A stretch of DNA of 64,000 nt from an uncultured delta proteobacterium (GTDB lineage: Bacteria; Myxococcota_A; Polyangia; Haliangiales; Haliangiaceae): assembly GCA_963848295.1 (NCBI GenBank), contig CAWKDB010000010.1, forward strand, positions 4,704,001 to 4,768,000. The letters are read 5' to 3'. The translations under genes were made by a program, and so were the position numbers. Positions within the stretch are counted from its first letter, which is position 1. Each line of letters begins with the position of its first letter. Positions 10,023 to 19,176 of the stretch are shown here, piece after piece. The notes below the pieces were generated by a model, which saw nothing but the letters and a program-made list of their open reading frames with translations, did no database searches and was not told the DNA's origin.

Positions 10023-10538
10023 GTGGTGGTGTTCATCGACGGCAACGACCTGCGGGCGGCGGAGGTGCGCCAGATCGCGCCCGCGCTCGCGTTCGTCGTC
10101 GAGTCGCTGCAGACCGGGTTCGCGACCGCGACCGCCGAGCCCGAAGCCAAGGCGCGCGACAAGGTGCTCGCTCACGCGGTGGCGGCGGGCTGCTTCGCCG
10201 AGGCGGTCGACATGACGACGATGGACGGCAAGAGCTTGCGGTTGGAGCTCGACAGCGAGAACGAGAACCGGTTCTGCAAATGGTGGCGCGAGACGCCGGC
10301 GCGGATCGAGCTGCGCATCGCGATGCGGCGCGCGAGCGGTGACACCATCGAGATCGTCTCGGCGTCGTGCGAAGGCCGGATCGCCGACAAGCCGGCCGGC
10401 CCGCACGTGCTCGGTTGGGATCGCCTGTTCGTGCCCGCGGGCGAGACCCGCACGCTCGCGGAGCTGACGGCCGCGGGTGAGGTCGTCGCGTTTCGACGCG
10501 AAGCCTACGATCGCGTCGCGCGCGCGCTCACCGGCTGA
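10023..10538 (+). CDS. Hypothetical protein
   Basis: 171-aa ORF with GC3 bias; TAGGGT lies 6 nt before the GTG. Confidence 0.6.
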   Translation: MVVFIDGNDLRAAEVRQIAPALAFVVESLQTGFATATAEPEAKARDKVLAHAVAAGCFAEAVDMTTMDGKSLRLELDSENENRFCKWWRETPARIELRIAMRRASGDTIEIVSASCEGRIADKPAGPHVLGWDRLFVPAGETRTLAELTAAGEVVAFRREAYDRVARALTG

Positions 10539-11883
10539 GCACGACCTCGCCGGTCGCATCGATCGCGAGCGTGCCGAGTGGCTGGACGACCGGCTTGCGG
10601 TCGACGTCGAGCTCGAGCGCGAGCGTGTAGCGGCCGGGCGGCGGCATCGCGTTGCCGCGTTGCACGGTGCTGGCTTGGTCGCCATCGCAGTGCAACGCGA
10701 TCGAGGACGCGGTGAGCGCCACCGCGGTGCCGCCGGCGGTGACCGCGGTGAGCTTGGCGTCGCTCGCCCGTGCGTTCGGTGCGAGGCAGATCACGTCGAC
10801 CACGATCGCGCCACGCTCGAGCTTCACGCGAGCGACCGCGGGCGGGGCGGCTTGGGCCGGCTTCGCACGCCTGCGCTCACCCTGCACGAGCGCGTAGAGC
10901 GCGTCGGGATCGGTCTCGACCTGATAGCGGTTCGCGAGTGCGGTCTTCGCGGTCTCGCGGTTCGCGACGGTCGCGGGCGAATCGGGATCGCCGCCGATCG
11001 ACGCGACCAGGCCCGCGACCGGCACCGCCGCAGCCCGGACGGCGGGATCCGGGTCGGCGAGCAGCGCGATCACCGGCTCGGCGAGCGGCGGATTGGTGAC
11101 CACCTGCATCGGGCGGCGGGCGACCGCGGCGAGCGCATGCACGCGGAGCTCGCTGGGGTGGCTCGGCTCGCCGGCGTAGGCGACGAGCGCGGTCGCGGTC
11201 GCGAAGTCCGGGCGCAGGTCCGGCTCGCCGTGATCGCGTTGGTCGGCGAGCAACGCGCCTTCGAGATCGCCGCCGGCGACGAGCAGATCGCGAACCTCCG
11301 CGGCGAGCGCATCGACGTAGAAGCCACTCGCGGTCGCATCGCCGCGGGGCGCGAGCAGGGCGAGCGCGGCCGTGCGCCGCTTGAATAGATCGCGCTCGGC
11401 ACGCACGACCGGCAGCAGCGCGACCCGGCGCACCGCGTCTCCGATCGCGAACGCGAGATCGGCGCGACCGAGCTGCGCGGTTTGCTGCCACTGGTCGCGC
11501 GGATCTTGGCCTTGCGGCACCGCGGTCCACCCGCCGGGATTGTTCCACTGCTCGTAGCGGTCGATCTTGCCACCGACGACGATGCGCAGCCCCGACGGCA
11601 CGAGCTCGTAGCCGATGCCGTGCTTCGCGAGGAACGCGTACATCCGGGGCTCGGTGCCGGCAGGAAAGTCGTACAGCGAGTCGTCGAGCGCGAGCTCGAT
11701 GCCGGTCGCGATCGACCCGCGCAGACGAGCGACGACGTGAAACCGACCGGGTGCTACACGGTCGACGATCGCGATCGACTCGCTGCGCAGCACGAGCCCC
11801 GCGAGGTCGTAGTGCTCCATCATCATCGCATCGGCGCGGCGAGTCGCGAGCACGACGGCGAGCACGAGCAAGACACGCCTCAT
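10528..11883 (-). CDS. Hypothetical secreted protein with a HEAT-like helical region
   Basis: Likely start MRRVLLVLAVVLATRRADA (signal peptide) inside the 780-aa ORF; LLADPDPAVRAAAV is HEAT-like. Confidence 0.7.
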   Translation of the reverse strand: MRRVLLVLAVVLATRRADAMMMEHYDLAGLVLRSESIAIVDRVAPGRFHVVARLRGSIATGIELALDDSLYDFPAGTEPRMYAFLAKHGIGYELVPSGLRIVVGGKIDRYEQWNNPGGWTAVPQGQDPRDQWQQTAQLGRADLAFAIGDAVRRVALLPVVRAERDLFKRRTAALALLAPRGDATASGFYVDALAAEVRDLLVAGGDLEGALLADQRDHGEPDLRPDFATATALVAYAGEPSHPSELRVHALAAVARRPMQVVTNPPLAEPVIALLADPDPAVRAAAVPVAGLVASIGGDPDSPATVANRETAKTALANRYQVETDPDALYALVQGERRRAKPAQAAPPAVARVKLERGAIVVDVICLAPNARASDAKLTAVTAGGTAVALTASSIALHCDGDQASTVQRGNAMPPPGRYTLALELDVDRKPVVQPLGTLAIDATGEVVLSR

Positions 11884-11901
11884 CGCGCTAGTGTGCCAGC
11901 G

Positions 11902-12828
11902 ATGCCTGGCCGATTCGAGGACCGCGCGACCCGACCGATTCGCGGCCCCGGAGACATCTTGAGGTGGAAGCTCGGGCGCAAGGAGCCGCGGCGCGAAGAC
12001 TTCGCGGAGCTCGATGCGATTCGTCCGCGGGTGCGCGAAGGCGGAGCGGAGGCGCTCGCGAGCGGGCAGCCGGTCGCGGTGTGGATCGGCCATGCGACCT
12101 GGGCGTTGCGTCTCGGCGGCGCGATGATCGTCACCGACCCGATCTGGGCGGACCGGATCTCCGGCGTCGTGCCCCGGCTCGTCGAGCCCGGTGTCGCGCT
12201 CGATGCGCTGCCACCGGTCGACGTCGTGCTGGTCACCCACGATCATCGCGATCACATGGATCTGCCGACGCTGCGCGCGCTCGGTCGCAACGCGACATTC
12301 GTCGTGCCGCTCGGCAACGGCGAGCGGATCGCGAAGCTCGGCCACGACAAGATCGTCGAGCTCGACTGGTGGCAGACCCACGAGCTCGGCGCGCTCGAGA
12401 TCACGCTCGTGCCGTCGCGCCACTGGTCGATGCGCATGCCGTGGAACCGCAACGCGACGCTGTGGGGCGGCTACGTCGTGCGCGCGCCCGAAGGCACCGC
12501 GTATCACTCGGGCGACACCGCGTGGGGCGATCACTTCGCGGAGATCGCCGCGCGGTGCGCGCCGATCGATTGGGCGATGCTGCCGATCGGCGGCTATGCG
12601 CCGCGCTGGTTCATGGAGCCGCAGCACATCGATCCCGACGAGGCGGTGCGCGCGTTCGAGGCGCTCGGCGCGCGCAACATGCTCGCGATGCACTGGGGCA
12701 CGTTCCGGCTGACCGACGAGGCGGTCGGCGAGCCCGCCGAGCGACTGCGCGCGTCCTGGCTTGCGCGCGGGCTCGCGGCGGATCGGCTGTGGCTGTGCGA
12801 CGTCGGCGAGGCGCGCCGGCTGGGATAA
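11902..12828 (+). CDS. MBL-fold metallo-hydrolase (NAPE-PLD/RomA-like)
   Basis: WIGHAT, TDPIW, THDHRDHMD metal motif, HWSMR, YHSGDT, LPIGGYAP, MHWGTF. Confidence 0.9.
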   Translation: MPGRFEDRATRPIRGPGDILRWKLGRKEPRREDFAELDAIRPRVREGGAEALASGQPVAVWIGHATWALRLGGAMIVTDPIWADRISGVVPRLVEPGVALDALPPVDVVLVTHDHRDHMDLPTLRALGRNATFVVPLGNGERIAKLGHDKIVELDWWQTHELGALEITLVPSRHWSMRMPWNRNATLWGGYVVRAPEGTAYHSGDTAWGDHFAEIAARCAPIDWAMLPIGGYAPRWFMEPQHIDPDEAVRAFEALGARNMLAMHWGTFRLTDEAVGEPAERLRASWLARGLAADRLWLCDVGEARRLG

Positions 12829-12841
12829 CGCGAACCGCGGG

Positions 12842-13360
12842 CTAAGGTTCCTGGAGGCTCGCCGCGGCATCGCGGATCACAGGATCCGGATCGGCCGCGA
12901 GCGTGCCGGCATCGAACGGCGCGGTCGGATCGCCGGCACGAGCGAGCGTCGCCTCCGTGTCGAGCGCCGCGAGCCGCAGCTCGACCCAGCGATCGCTGCG
13001 TTGCGCGAGCGCGAACCAGCTCGTTCGCCAGCTCGCGATGTCGTCGTCGGCGAGATCGTCGGGCAACGCGCGACTCGCGAGATCACGGGCGATCGCTCGT
13101 GCCGCGAGCGCAGCGGGGATCGCGGTGCGGCGGTCCGAGCCGGCCGCCACGATCGCGAGCGCGGGGAGCAGCTCTGCGCGATCTTCGACGGCGGGCGCCG
13201 CCGTGATCGCCGCGAGCACGGTCGCGCGATCGGGCGAGGCCAGCGCGCGCTCGACCATGGCCGGCCCGGCCCGCTCACCCTGGCGCGCGCACTCGTCGAG
13301 ATCGCCTCGCCGGAACGCGACCACCATGGCGGCGATGGCGGCTAGAACGGCGGGGCTCAC
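12842..13360 (-). CDS. Hypothetical helical (HEAT-like) protein
   Basis: Ala-rich ORF ending LAADPDPVIRDAAA. Start uncertain; GTG 13360 chosen. Confidence 0.55.
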   Translation of the reverse strand: MSPAVLAAIAAMVVAFRRGDLDECARQGERAGPAMVERALASPDRATVLAAITAAPAVEDRAELLPALAIVAAGSDRRTAIPAALAARAIARDLASRALPDDLADDDIASWRTSWFALAQRSDRWVELRLAALDTEATLARAGDPTAPFDAGTLAADPDPVIRDAAASLQEP

Positions 13361-13413
13361 CCCGAGATCGTCGCCGACCGAGGTGCCTTGGTGCCGAAAC
13401 TTTGAGAGAAAAA

Positions 13414-13459
13414 TTGACAGGGTGATGATGTGTTCAGTACCGTCATTCCGTTCAGTACC
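13414..13459 (+). promoter_or_regulatory. lexA sigma70-type promoter with overlapping direct repeats (candidate SOS box)
   Basis: TTGACA at 13414-13419 and TACCGT at 13438-13443; GTTCAGTACC at 13432-13441 and 13450-13459. Confidence 0.6.
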
Positions 13460-13473
13460 CTTCAAAGGTGGCC

Positions 13474-14154
13474 ATGGCCGACGCACTCACCCAACGCCAG
13501 CGCGAGATTCTCGACTTCATTTCGGCGTCGATCGTCGAGCGCGGCTTCCCGCCGACGCTCCGCGAGATCGGCGAGCACTTCAGCATCCGGTCGACCAACG
13601 GAGTCAACGACCACCTGAAAGCGCTCGAGAAAAAGGGCGTGCTTCGCCGAGAGGATCTCAAGTCGCGAGCGATGCGCCCGGTGCTGCCCGACGGCTCGGG
13701 GGAGCTCGTCGCGATGCGGCCCGGCGGCGTCGCTGGTACCGGCGTCCACGCGGTGGACGCCGACCTCTGTGAGGTCCCGATCGTGGGGCGAGTTGCCGCA
13801 GGGCAGCCGATCCTTGCGGTCGAAAACGTGTCGGATACCGTGAAGATCGACCGCGTGCTGCTGGGCGGCCATCGCGAGGTGTTCGGGCTCAAGATCGTCG
13901 GTGAATCGATGATCGAAGACGGCATCCTCGACGGTGATTACGTGTTCGTCAAGAAGACGCCGAGTGCTGGCAACGGAGAGATCGTCGTCGCGATGATCGA
14001 CGGAGAAGCGACGGTGAAGCGCTATTTCCCCGAGGGCGACCGCGTCCGGTTCCAGCCGGCAAACTCGAACATGGCGCCGATCTACGTCCGCAAGGCTGAC
14101 TTCAAGTCAGTGGATATCATCGGGGTTGTCGTCGGCGTGTACCGCAAGCTGTAG
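13474..14154 (+). CDS. lexA: SOS repressor LexA
   Basis: [28 protein letters not shown] winged HTH, Ala-Gly cleavage site GRVAAG, catalytic Ser (GESM) and Lys (ATVKR). Confidence 0.97.
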   Translation: MADALTQRQREILDFISASIVERGFPPTLREIGEHFSIRSTNGVNDHLKALEKKGVLRREDLKSRAMRPVLPDGSGELVAMRPGGVAGTGVHAVDADLCEVPIVGRVAAGQPILAVENVSDTVKIDRVLLGGHREVFGLKIVGESMIEDGILDGDYVFVKKTPSAGNGEIVVAMIDGEATVKRYFPEGDRVRFQPANSNMAPIYVRKADFKSVDIIGVVVGVYRKL

Positions 14155-14196
14155 CTGCTTTCGCGCGAATTCGAGCAACGGCTTTGGCCGTCGCGT

Positions 14197-16698
14197 GTGT
14201 CAAACTCATGGCTCGTGGCACGCGCGCGCAGATATCGCAGCCGATGGCTGTGGATTCCCGCGATTGCCGCCTCGGCAACCGCGCAGGGCACGGCGCTGTT
14301 CGCGTTCCATGCGACGCGTTCGCCGCCGAAACCCCAGTTGACGATTCGACTTGGCGAAGCGGCGTCGAGCTGGGACTCCGGGATCGAAACGACACCCGAT
14401 CCGGGCACGGCACTCACGTTGGTCGATGCCAGCCCGCACCGGGCAGGCCAGCTCGACAAGTTTACGGTGACGGTCGACAGCCGCGGCGGGGTGCTCGCCG
14501 GCGAGCTTGCCCACGACCAGCCGACGCGCTTCGTGCTGCCCGATCACGACGATACGCTGCGCGTCCACGTCACGGCTGCGGACGGCAGGCAGTGGACCAA
14601 ACGCGTCGATCTCAAGGCGCACGAAGACACCGCGCTCGCGATCGCGTACATGCCGGCGCACGGCCAGGTGCTGGTCACGCGCGACGGCGATGCCGAGACG
14701 CTGATGCGCTGCTCGGATCCGCGTTGCGACGTCACGGTCGAGCCGGGAACGAAGATCACGCTCACCGCGATCAAGGCCGACGGCTGGCTGTTCGGCGGCT
14801 ACCGCCAGTACCCGATGCGCACGCCGAGCGCGCTCCAGCCGTGGCTCGGCGATCCACTCGCGCATTGCCTCGCGGGCGACGCGATGGCTGCCGCGGCGGC
14901 GGGCGACACGAGCCAGTGCCAGCTCACGATCACCGCCGATACCGACGTCGCGATCGAGTTCCCGAAAGCGCCCGACCACATCGATGTCGCGTTCGACGAC
15001 GCGTACGAGAAGGTGATCAAGCCGCGGACGCCGCCGCCACCCCCGCCGCCGATCGACGCCGAGAAGCTGCAGGAAAAAGAGCTGCAAGTTGCGATCGCGC
15101 CGCCGCCGAAGGTGCCGCCGCCCGTCATCCCGCCACCGCCACCGCCGCCCCAGCAAAAGAAACAACCGCCGCCGAAGCAGCCGCCGCCGAACATGACCGC
15201 GGTCGAGGTCGCGGACAAGCACATCGTCGACAAGGCGCCCGACGACGCGAAGTTCATCAGCGACAAGAACCGCGACGTCGCCGAAGAAACCCGCGCGACG
15301 AAGACGAACCTCGACAAGGAATCCGACGGCCAGGCCGAGGCCTCGCGCGAGAGCGACGATCACACGAGCAAGGACATCGGCGGCCCGGACGACAAGATCC
15401 GCCAGCTCGAGGACGCGAAAGCGACGACCGACAAACACCTGAAGGCGACCGACCACTCCGGCAAGGACGAAGTCGCGAAGGGCGAGATCCGCGGCGACGG
15501 CGGTCAGAACGGCGACAACGGCACCGGCGATAACACGCCCGGTGTGCTGTCGATGCGCGGCATCGGCGGGCGCGGCTCGATCACCGACCAAGCGCACGAC
15601 GGCCGCAAGATCGGGAAGTCCGGCCTCCCGGGGCTCAACTCGAACATGGCGTTCAACGACTACGAGCGCTTGATGGGCAAGGAGGCGATGGACGAGGAGC
15701 GCGAGGTGTCGGCGCGCAAGATGTCGAGCAAGAAGGGCCGGTGGCAGGCGAAGCTCGACGCGGTCAAGAGCTCGCTCGAGAACTTCGTCCCCGACGTCCG
15801 CACCGGCAATCAGACCGCGCTCAAGACGCGCGCGCATCCGTACGCGCTGTACATCGCGCGCATGCACCGGCGGATCCACGAGCTGTGGGGCTTCGGCTTT
15901 CTCGAGGATCTCGACAACAAGGGCGCGGACTATCCGCTCAACGATCCGAACCTGTGGGTCAACCTCGAAGTCTCGGTCAACGCCGACGGCTCGCTGCACA
16001 AGGTCACGATCGCGAAGACCTCGGGCAAGACCGAGTTCGATGTCGCCGCGGTCGACGCCGTGATCTCGGCCGGACCGTACGAACCGACGCCGGAAGCGAT
16101 CCGCTCCGTCGACGGCCGGATCTACCTGCGCTGGGGCTTCTATCGCAACTGGCGGCAGTGCGGCACGTTCAACGTCGAACCGTACATCCTCACGTCGGTG
16201 CCGACCGATAGCGACGGCGGCGTGCTCGACGACGGCGCGATGGTGAAGAACATCGGAAAGATGCCGCGCATCACGCCGAAGCATCACCCGATCGGCGAGA
16301 ACACGGCGACGCCCGACGACGGTCTCGACAAGCAACAGGCATCGCCGGCGACATCGGTGACCGACAAGCAAGCCGTGTTCGCCGCGAACCTATGGGTCAC
16401 CGGCTATGCCACCGCGCAAGTCGACAAGCTGGTCTCGGTATCGACCGTGCCGTTCTATGCGGCGGGCAAGGTCGCGGCGCAGACCCCGGGCGACCTCAAA
16501 GAGATGTACAGCGGTCTGATCGTCGAGTCAGGTCCGTTCAAGGACTACAAGTTGATGACCGGCAAGGAGTACGCGCCGAACGCGGGACTCCCCGACGGCA
16601 ATCTCGTGCTGCAGGTGCGCACCGAGAAAGCGACGTTCGCGGTCGTGCTCACGCGTACCGGCTCGGGCGAATATCGCGCGACGCAGATCGCGCGATAG
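14197..16698 (+). CDS. Large TonB/TolA C-terminal-domain protein
   Basis: N-terminal TM segment, Ig/B-repeat-like segment (VTVEPGTKITLTA..GWLFGGY), Pro-rich linker, TonB_C-like region VSVNADGSLHKVTIAKTSGKTEFDVAAVDAV. Start uncertain. Confidence 0.75.
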   Translation: MSNSWLVARARRYRSRWLWIPAIAASATAQGTALFAFHATRSPPKPQLTIRLGEAASSWDSGIETTPDPGTALTLVDASPHRAGQLDKFTVTVDSRGGVLAGELAHDQPTRFVLPDHDDTLRVHVTAADGRQWTKRVDLKAHEDTALAIAYMPAHGQVLVTRDGDAETLMRCSDPRCDVTVEPGTKITLTAIKADGWLFGGYRQYPMRTPSALQPWLGDPLAHCLAGDAMAAAAAGDTSQCQLTITADTDVAIEFPKAPDHIDVAFDDAYEKVIKPRTPPPPPPPIDAEKLQEKELQVAIAPPPKVPPPVIPPPPPPPQQKKQPPPKQPPPNMTAVEVADKHIVDKAPDDAKFISDKNRDVAEETRATKTNLDKESDGQAEASRESDDHTSKDIGGPDDKIRQLEDAKATTDKHLKATDHSGKDEVAKGEIRGDGGQNGDNGTGDNTPGVLSMRGIGGRGSITDQAHDGRKIGKSGLPGLNSNMAFNDYERLMGKEAMDEEREVSARKMSSKKGRWQAKLDAVKSSLENFVPDVRTGNQTALKTRAHPYALYIARMHRRIHELWGFGFLEDLDNKGADYPLNDPNLWVNLEVSVNADGSLHKVTIAKTSGKTEFDVAAVDAVISAGPYEPTPEAIRSVDGRIYLRWGFYRNWRQCGTFNVEPYILTSVPTDSDGGVLDDGAMVKNIGKMPRITPKHHPIGENTATPDDGLDKQQASPATSVTDKQAVFAANLWVTGYATAQVDKLVSVSTVPFYAAGKVAAQTPGDLKEMYSGLIVESGPFKDYKLMTGKEYAPNAGLPDGNLVLQVRTEKATFAVVLTRTGSGEYRATQIAR

Positions 16699-16911
16699 CT
16701 AGCCCTCGAGGACTTTGAGCACTCGTGCCGCGAACAACCCCTTGGGTCCGTCCGCTTCTTCGTACTCGACCTGTGCTCCCTGATTCAGGGTGCGAAACCC
16801 TTCACCCGTGATCGACGAGTAATGAACGAACACGTCCTTCCCGTCATCGGCCCGGCTGATAAAGCCATAGCCCTTGGCATCGTTGAACCACTTCACGGTA
16901 CCGAGCGCCAT
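16699..16911 (-). CDS. Cold-shock protein (CspA family)
   Basis: MALGTVKWFNDAKGYGFI..DVFVHYS (RNP1/RNP2), 70 aa, strong GAGGAGGAG RBS. Confidence 0.96.
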   Translation of the reverse strand: MALGTVKWFNDAKGYGFISRADDGKDVFVHYSSITGEGFRTLNQGAQVEYEEADGPKGLFAARVLKVLEG

Positions 16912-17115
16912 CGTAGACTCCTCCTCACCTTGCCCACCTACCGGGGTGGGTACGTGTGTTGAAACACTGGCCGCGCGCCCGCTCAACTGGAATTTCTGAA
17001 AAACCACCCGCGTGCTGGAAATCTTCAACGCCAGCGAAATGATTGAAACCACAGCGGTAACCAGCAGTACCGAGTTCCGAGTTATCAACCCGTCTCGCGC
17101 GTTGTTAAGGGACCC

Positions 17116-19176
17116 ATGAGGCATCTGTCGATCGTCATCTTGGCCGCGTGCTCGTCGGGCTCACCGAGTGAAACTCCGCCCGCGATCGCGACACCCGCCG
17201 CACCTCGCGCCGAGCCCAAGCGGCCGCGGGACCTGATCGTGCACGCCGCACCGAGCGCGGCGATCTCGGTGATCTCCACGACCGACGACGGTGGCGCTGC
17301 CGCGACCGGCGACCAGTTCGGTGTTCGGTTATGGCCGACGCTCGACGGCATGGTCGAGCCGGTCGTCGTGCACGCCCCGATCGCGAAGGCGCTGGCGCTC
17401 GCGCGCGACGGTCGGGGCTTCGCGCTGGCGATCGTGGACGACGCCGGCGGGGGCACGGTGCTCCAGCTCGCGGCGACCGGCGAGGTCCGCGGCAAGGCGG
17501 CGATCCCGCCGGATCCGGGGATCGCGGCGATCATCGCGCTGTCGCACGGGTTCGTCGCGTTGCGCGCGGATCAGACGATCGTCGGTTACGACCTCCGCGG
17601 CGCGGTGCTCGGCTCGCTGACCTCCGAGCCCGGCACGCGGATCGCGAACCTCGTGACTCGCGGCGATGCGGCGCTCGCGCTGATCGAGCGCGGCAAACAC
17701 GTGCAGGGCCGATGGATCACGCTCGCGAAGCGGCCGGCGTGGGGCGAGACGACGGCCGAGTTCGCGGTCGACGCCAAGACCGTCGTGTTATCGCCGGATC
17801 GAGCCTCGATCGCGGCGTCGACTCGCGATCACCACACGGTCTCGGTCGCGCTCGCCACCGGGGTGACCACCGCTAACGTGTGCGGCGATCCACCGGACCC
17901 GGGGCAGGTCGCGGCCGATCCGCGCATCGGTGCGCCGATCGGATTCCTACAACCGCACGTGCTGGCGTGCGATCAGCAAGGCATGGTCGCGTGGTTCACG
18001 AACGGGCTGCAACTCGCAACCGACCCCGAGGGTCGCGGACAACACGTGACGGCGATCGGTGACCATGGATTGGTCGAGGGCATCGGTACATCGATCGCCT
18101 TGCGCCGGCCCGGTCGCTCGCAGTTTCTCGGCTACGCGTATCGCGATCAGAATCAGACGCGGATCTCGGCGTCGGGCGTGCTGATGGGTCGCGGCGATCT
18201 TCGGCCGCTGTTGCTCGACTCGGCCCTGCGTCCGGTGCGGGTCTTCGATCTGCAGGCGCAGAAGGGCGAGGTCTCGGATCTCGCGGCGCTCGATAACCGC
18301 TACCTCGTCGTCGTACGCCAGAACCAGCGCGAGGCGCAGGTGTTGACGGAGGAGAGCCAGCAAGACAGGTCGAACATCGACAAGCAGTCGGGGGCTCAAC
18401 CGGTGATCGAGCTCCAGGTGTTCGACGCCGACACGCAGATGATCCATCAGCGCGTGTCGGTCGATCTGCAAGAATCGGTCGCGCTGCAGTACGTCCCGCG
18501 CGATCACATGCTCGTGGTGACCGGAACGATCGCCGGTATTGCTGGGGCGCGAGTCCTGGCGTTCGATCCGACCACGGGAACGCTCGGTCCGCCGATCGCG
18601 ATCGCGAACGTCGCGTTGTTCGCAATCGTCGATCCCGAGCGGTCGGGTGGGTTCGCGGCGGTCGGCGTCCGCACGACGCCGAGCGGGCCGATCGCGATCG
18701 GCGTTCGCGCCGATGATCTCGCGACGAATCGCGAACCGTCGGCGGTCCCGTTGTTTCCGATCGACGGCAACCCCGCCGCGATCGATCGCGATGGCGCGGT
18801 CTACGCGCTCGACGGCGAGGACGCGATTCGCTATCGGCTCGGGCCGCACGGCCGCACGAAGCTCAGGTTTGCGGGCGCAGGTGCGAAGCGACCTCGGCCG
18901 AGCGACGATGCCGAGTCGGTCGCGTTCGTCGGCGGCGAGGTGCTCGATGTCTACGACGCGAACGCCGGCGTGCAGCGCTGGCAAGTTCCGGCGGCGCAGC
19001 TCGCCGATGTCGGCTGGATGCCGGGCCGGGTCACGCTCATCTACCCGGGCGCGCTCGTCGAGCTCGATCCAGAAAACGGCAAGCCGATCATGCGAAGCTG
19101 TGGTTGGGCATTCCAGCTCGCGGATCACATGCTGCCGGAATCGAGCCAGACCGAGACCGTGTGCGATGCGGACTGA
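17116..19176 (+). CDS. Hypothetical lipoprotein, probable beta-propeller (paralog 1)
   Basis: Lipobox LAA-C; GVRLWPTLDG..EPVVV; C-terminal CGWAFQL..VCD. Confidence 0.75.
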   Translation: MRHLSIVILAACSSGSPSETPPAIATPAAPRAEPKRPRDLIVHAAPSAAISVISTTDDGGAAATGDQFGVRLWPTLDGMVEPVVVHAPIAKALALARDGRGFALAIVDDAGGGTVLQLAATGEVRGKAAIPPDPGIAAIIALSHGFVALRADQTIVGYDLRGAVLGSLTSEPGTRIANLVTRGDAALALIERGKHVQGRWITLAKRPAWGETTAEFAVDAKTVVLSPDRASIAASTRDHHTVSVALATGVTTANVCGDPPDPGQVAADPRIGAPIGFLQPHVLACDQQGMVAWFTNGLQLATDPEGRGQHVTAIGDHGLVEGIGTSIALRRPGRSQFLGYAYRDQNQTRISASGVLMGRGDLRPLLLDSALRPVRVFDLQAQKGEVSDLAALDNRYLVVVRQNQREAQVLTEESQQDRSNIDKQSGAQPVIELQVFDADTQMIHQRVSVDLQESVALQYVPRDHMLVVTGTIAGIAGARVLAFDPTTGTLGPPIAIANVALFAIVDPERSGGFAAVGVRTTPSGPIAIGVRADDLATNREPSAVPLFPIDGNPAAIDRDGAVYALDGEDAIRYRLGPHGRTKLRFAGAGAKRPRPSDDAESVAFVGGEVLDVYDANAGVQRWQVPAAQLADVGWMPGRVTLIYPGALVELDPENGKPIMRSCGWAFQLADHMLPESSQTETVCDAD

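Noticed and set aside
11902..12828. Antibiotic-resistance metallo-beta-lactamase
   Set aside because: The motifs fit the NAPE-PLD/RomA-like hydrolases and there is no signal peptide.
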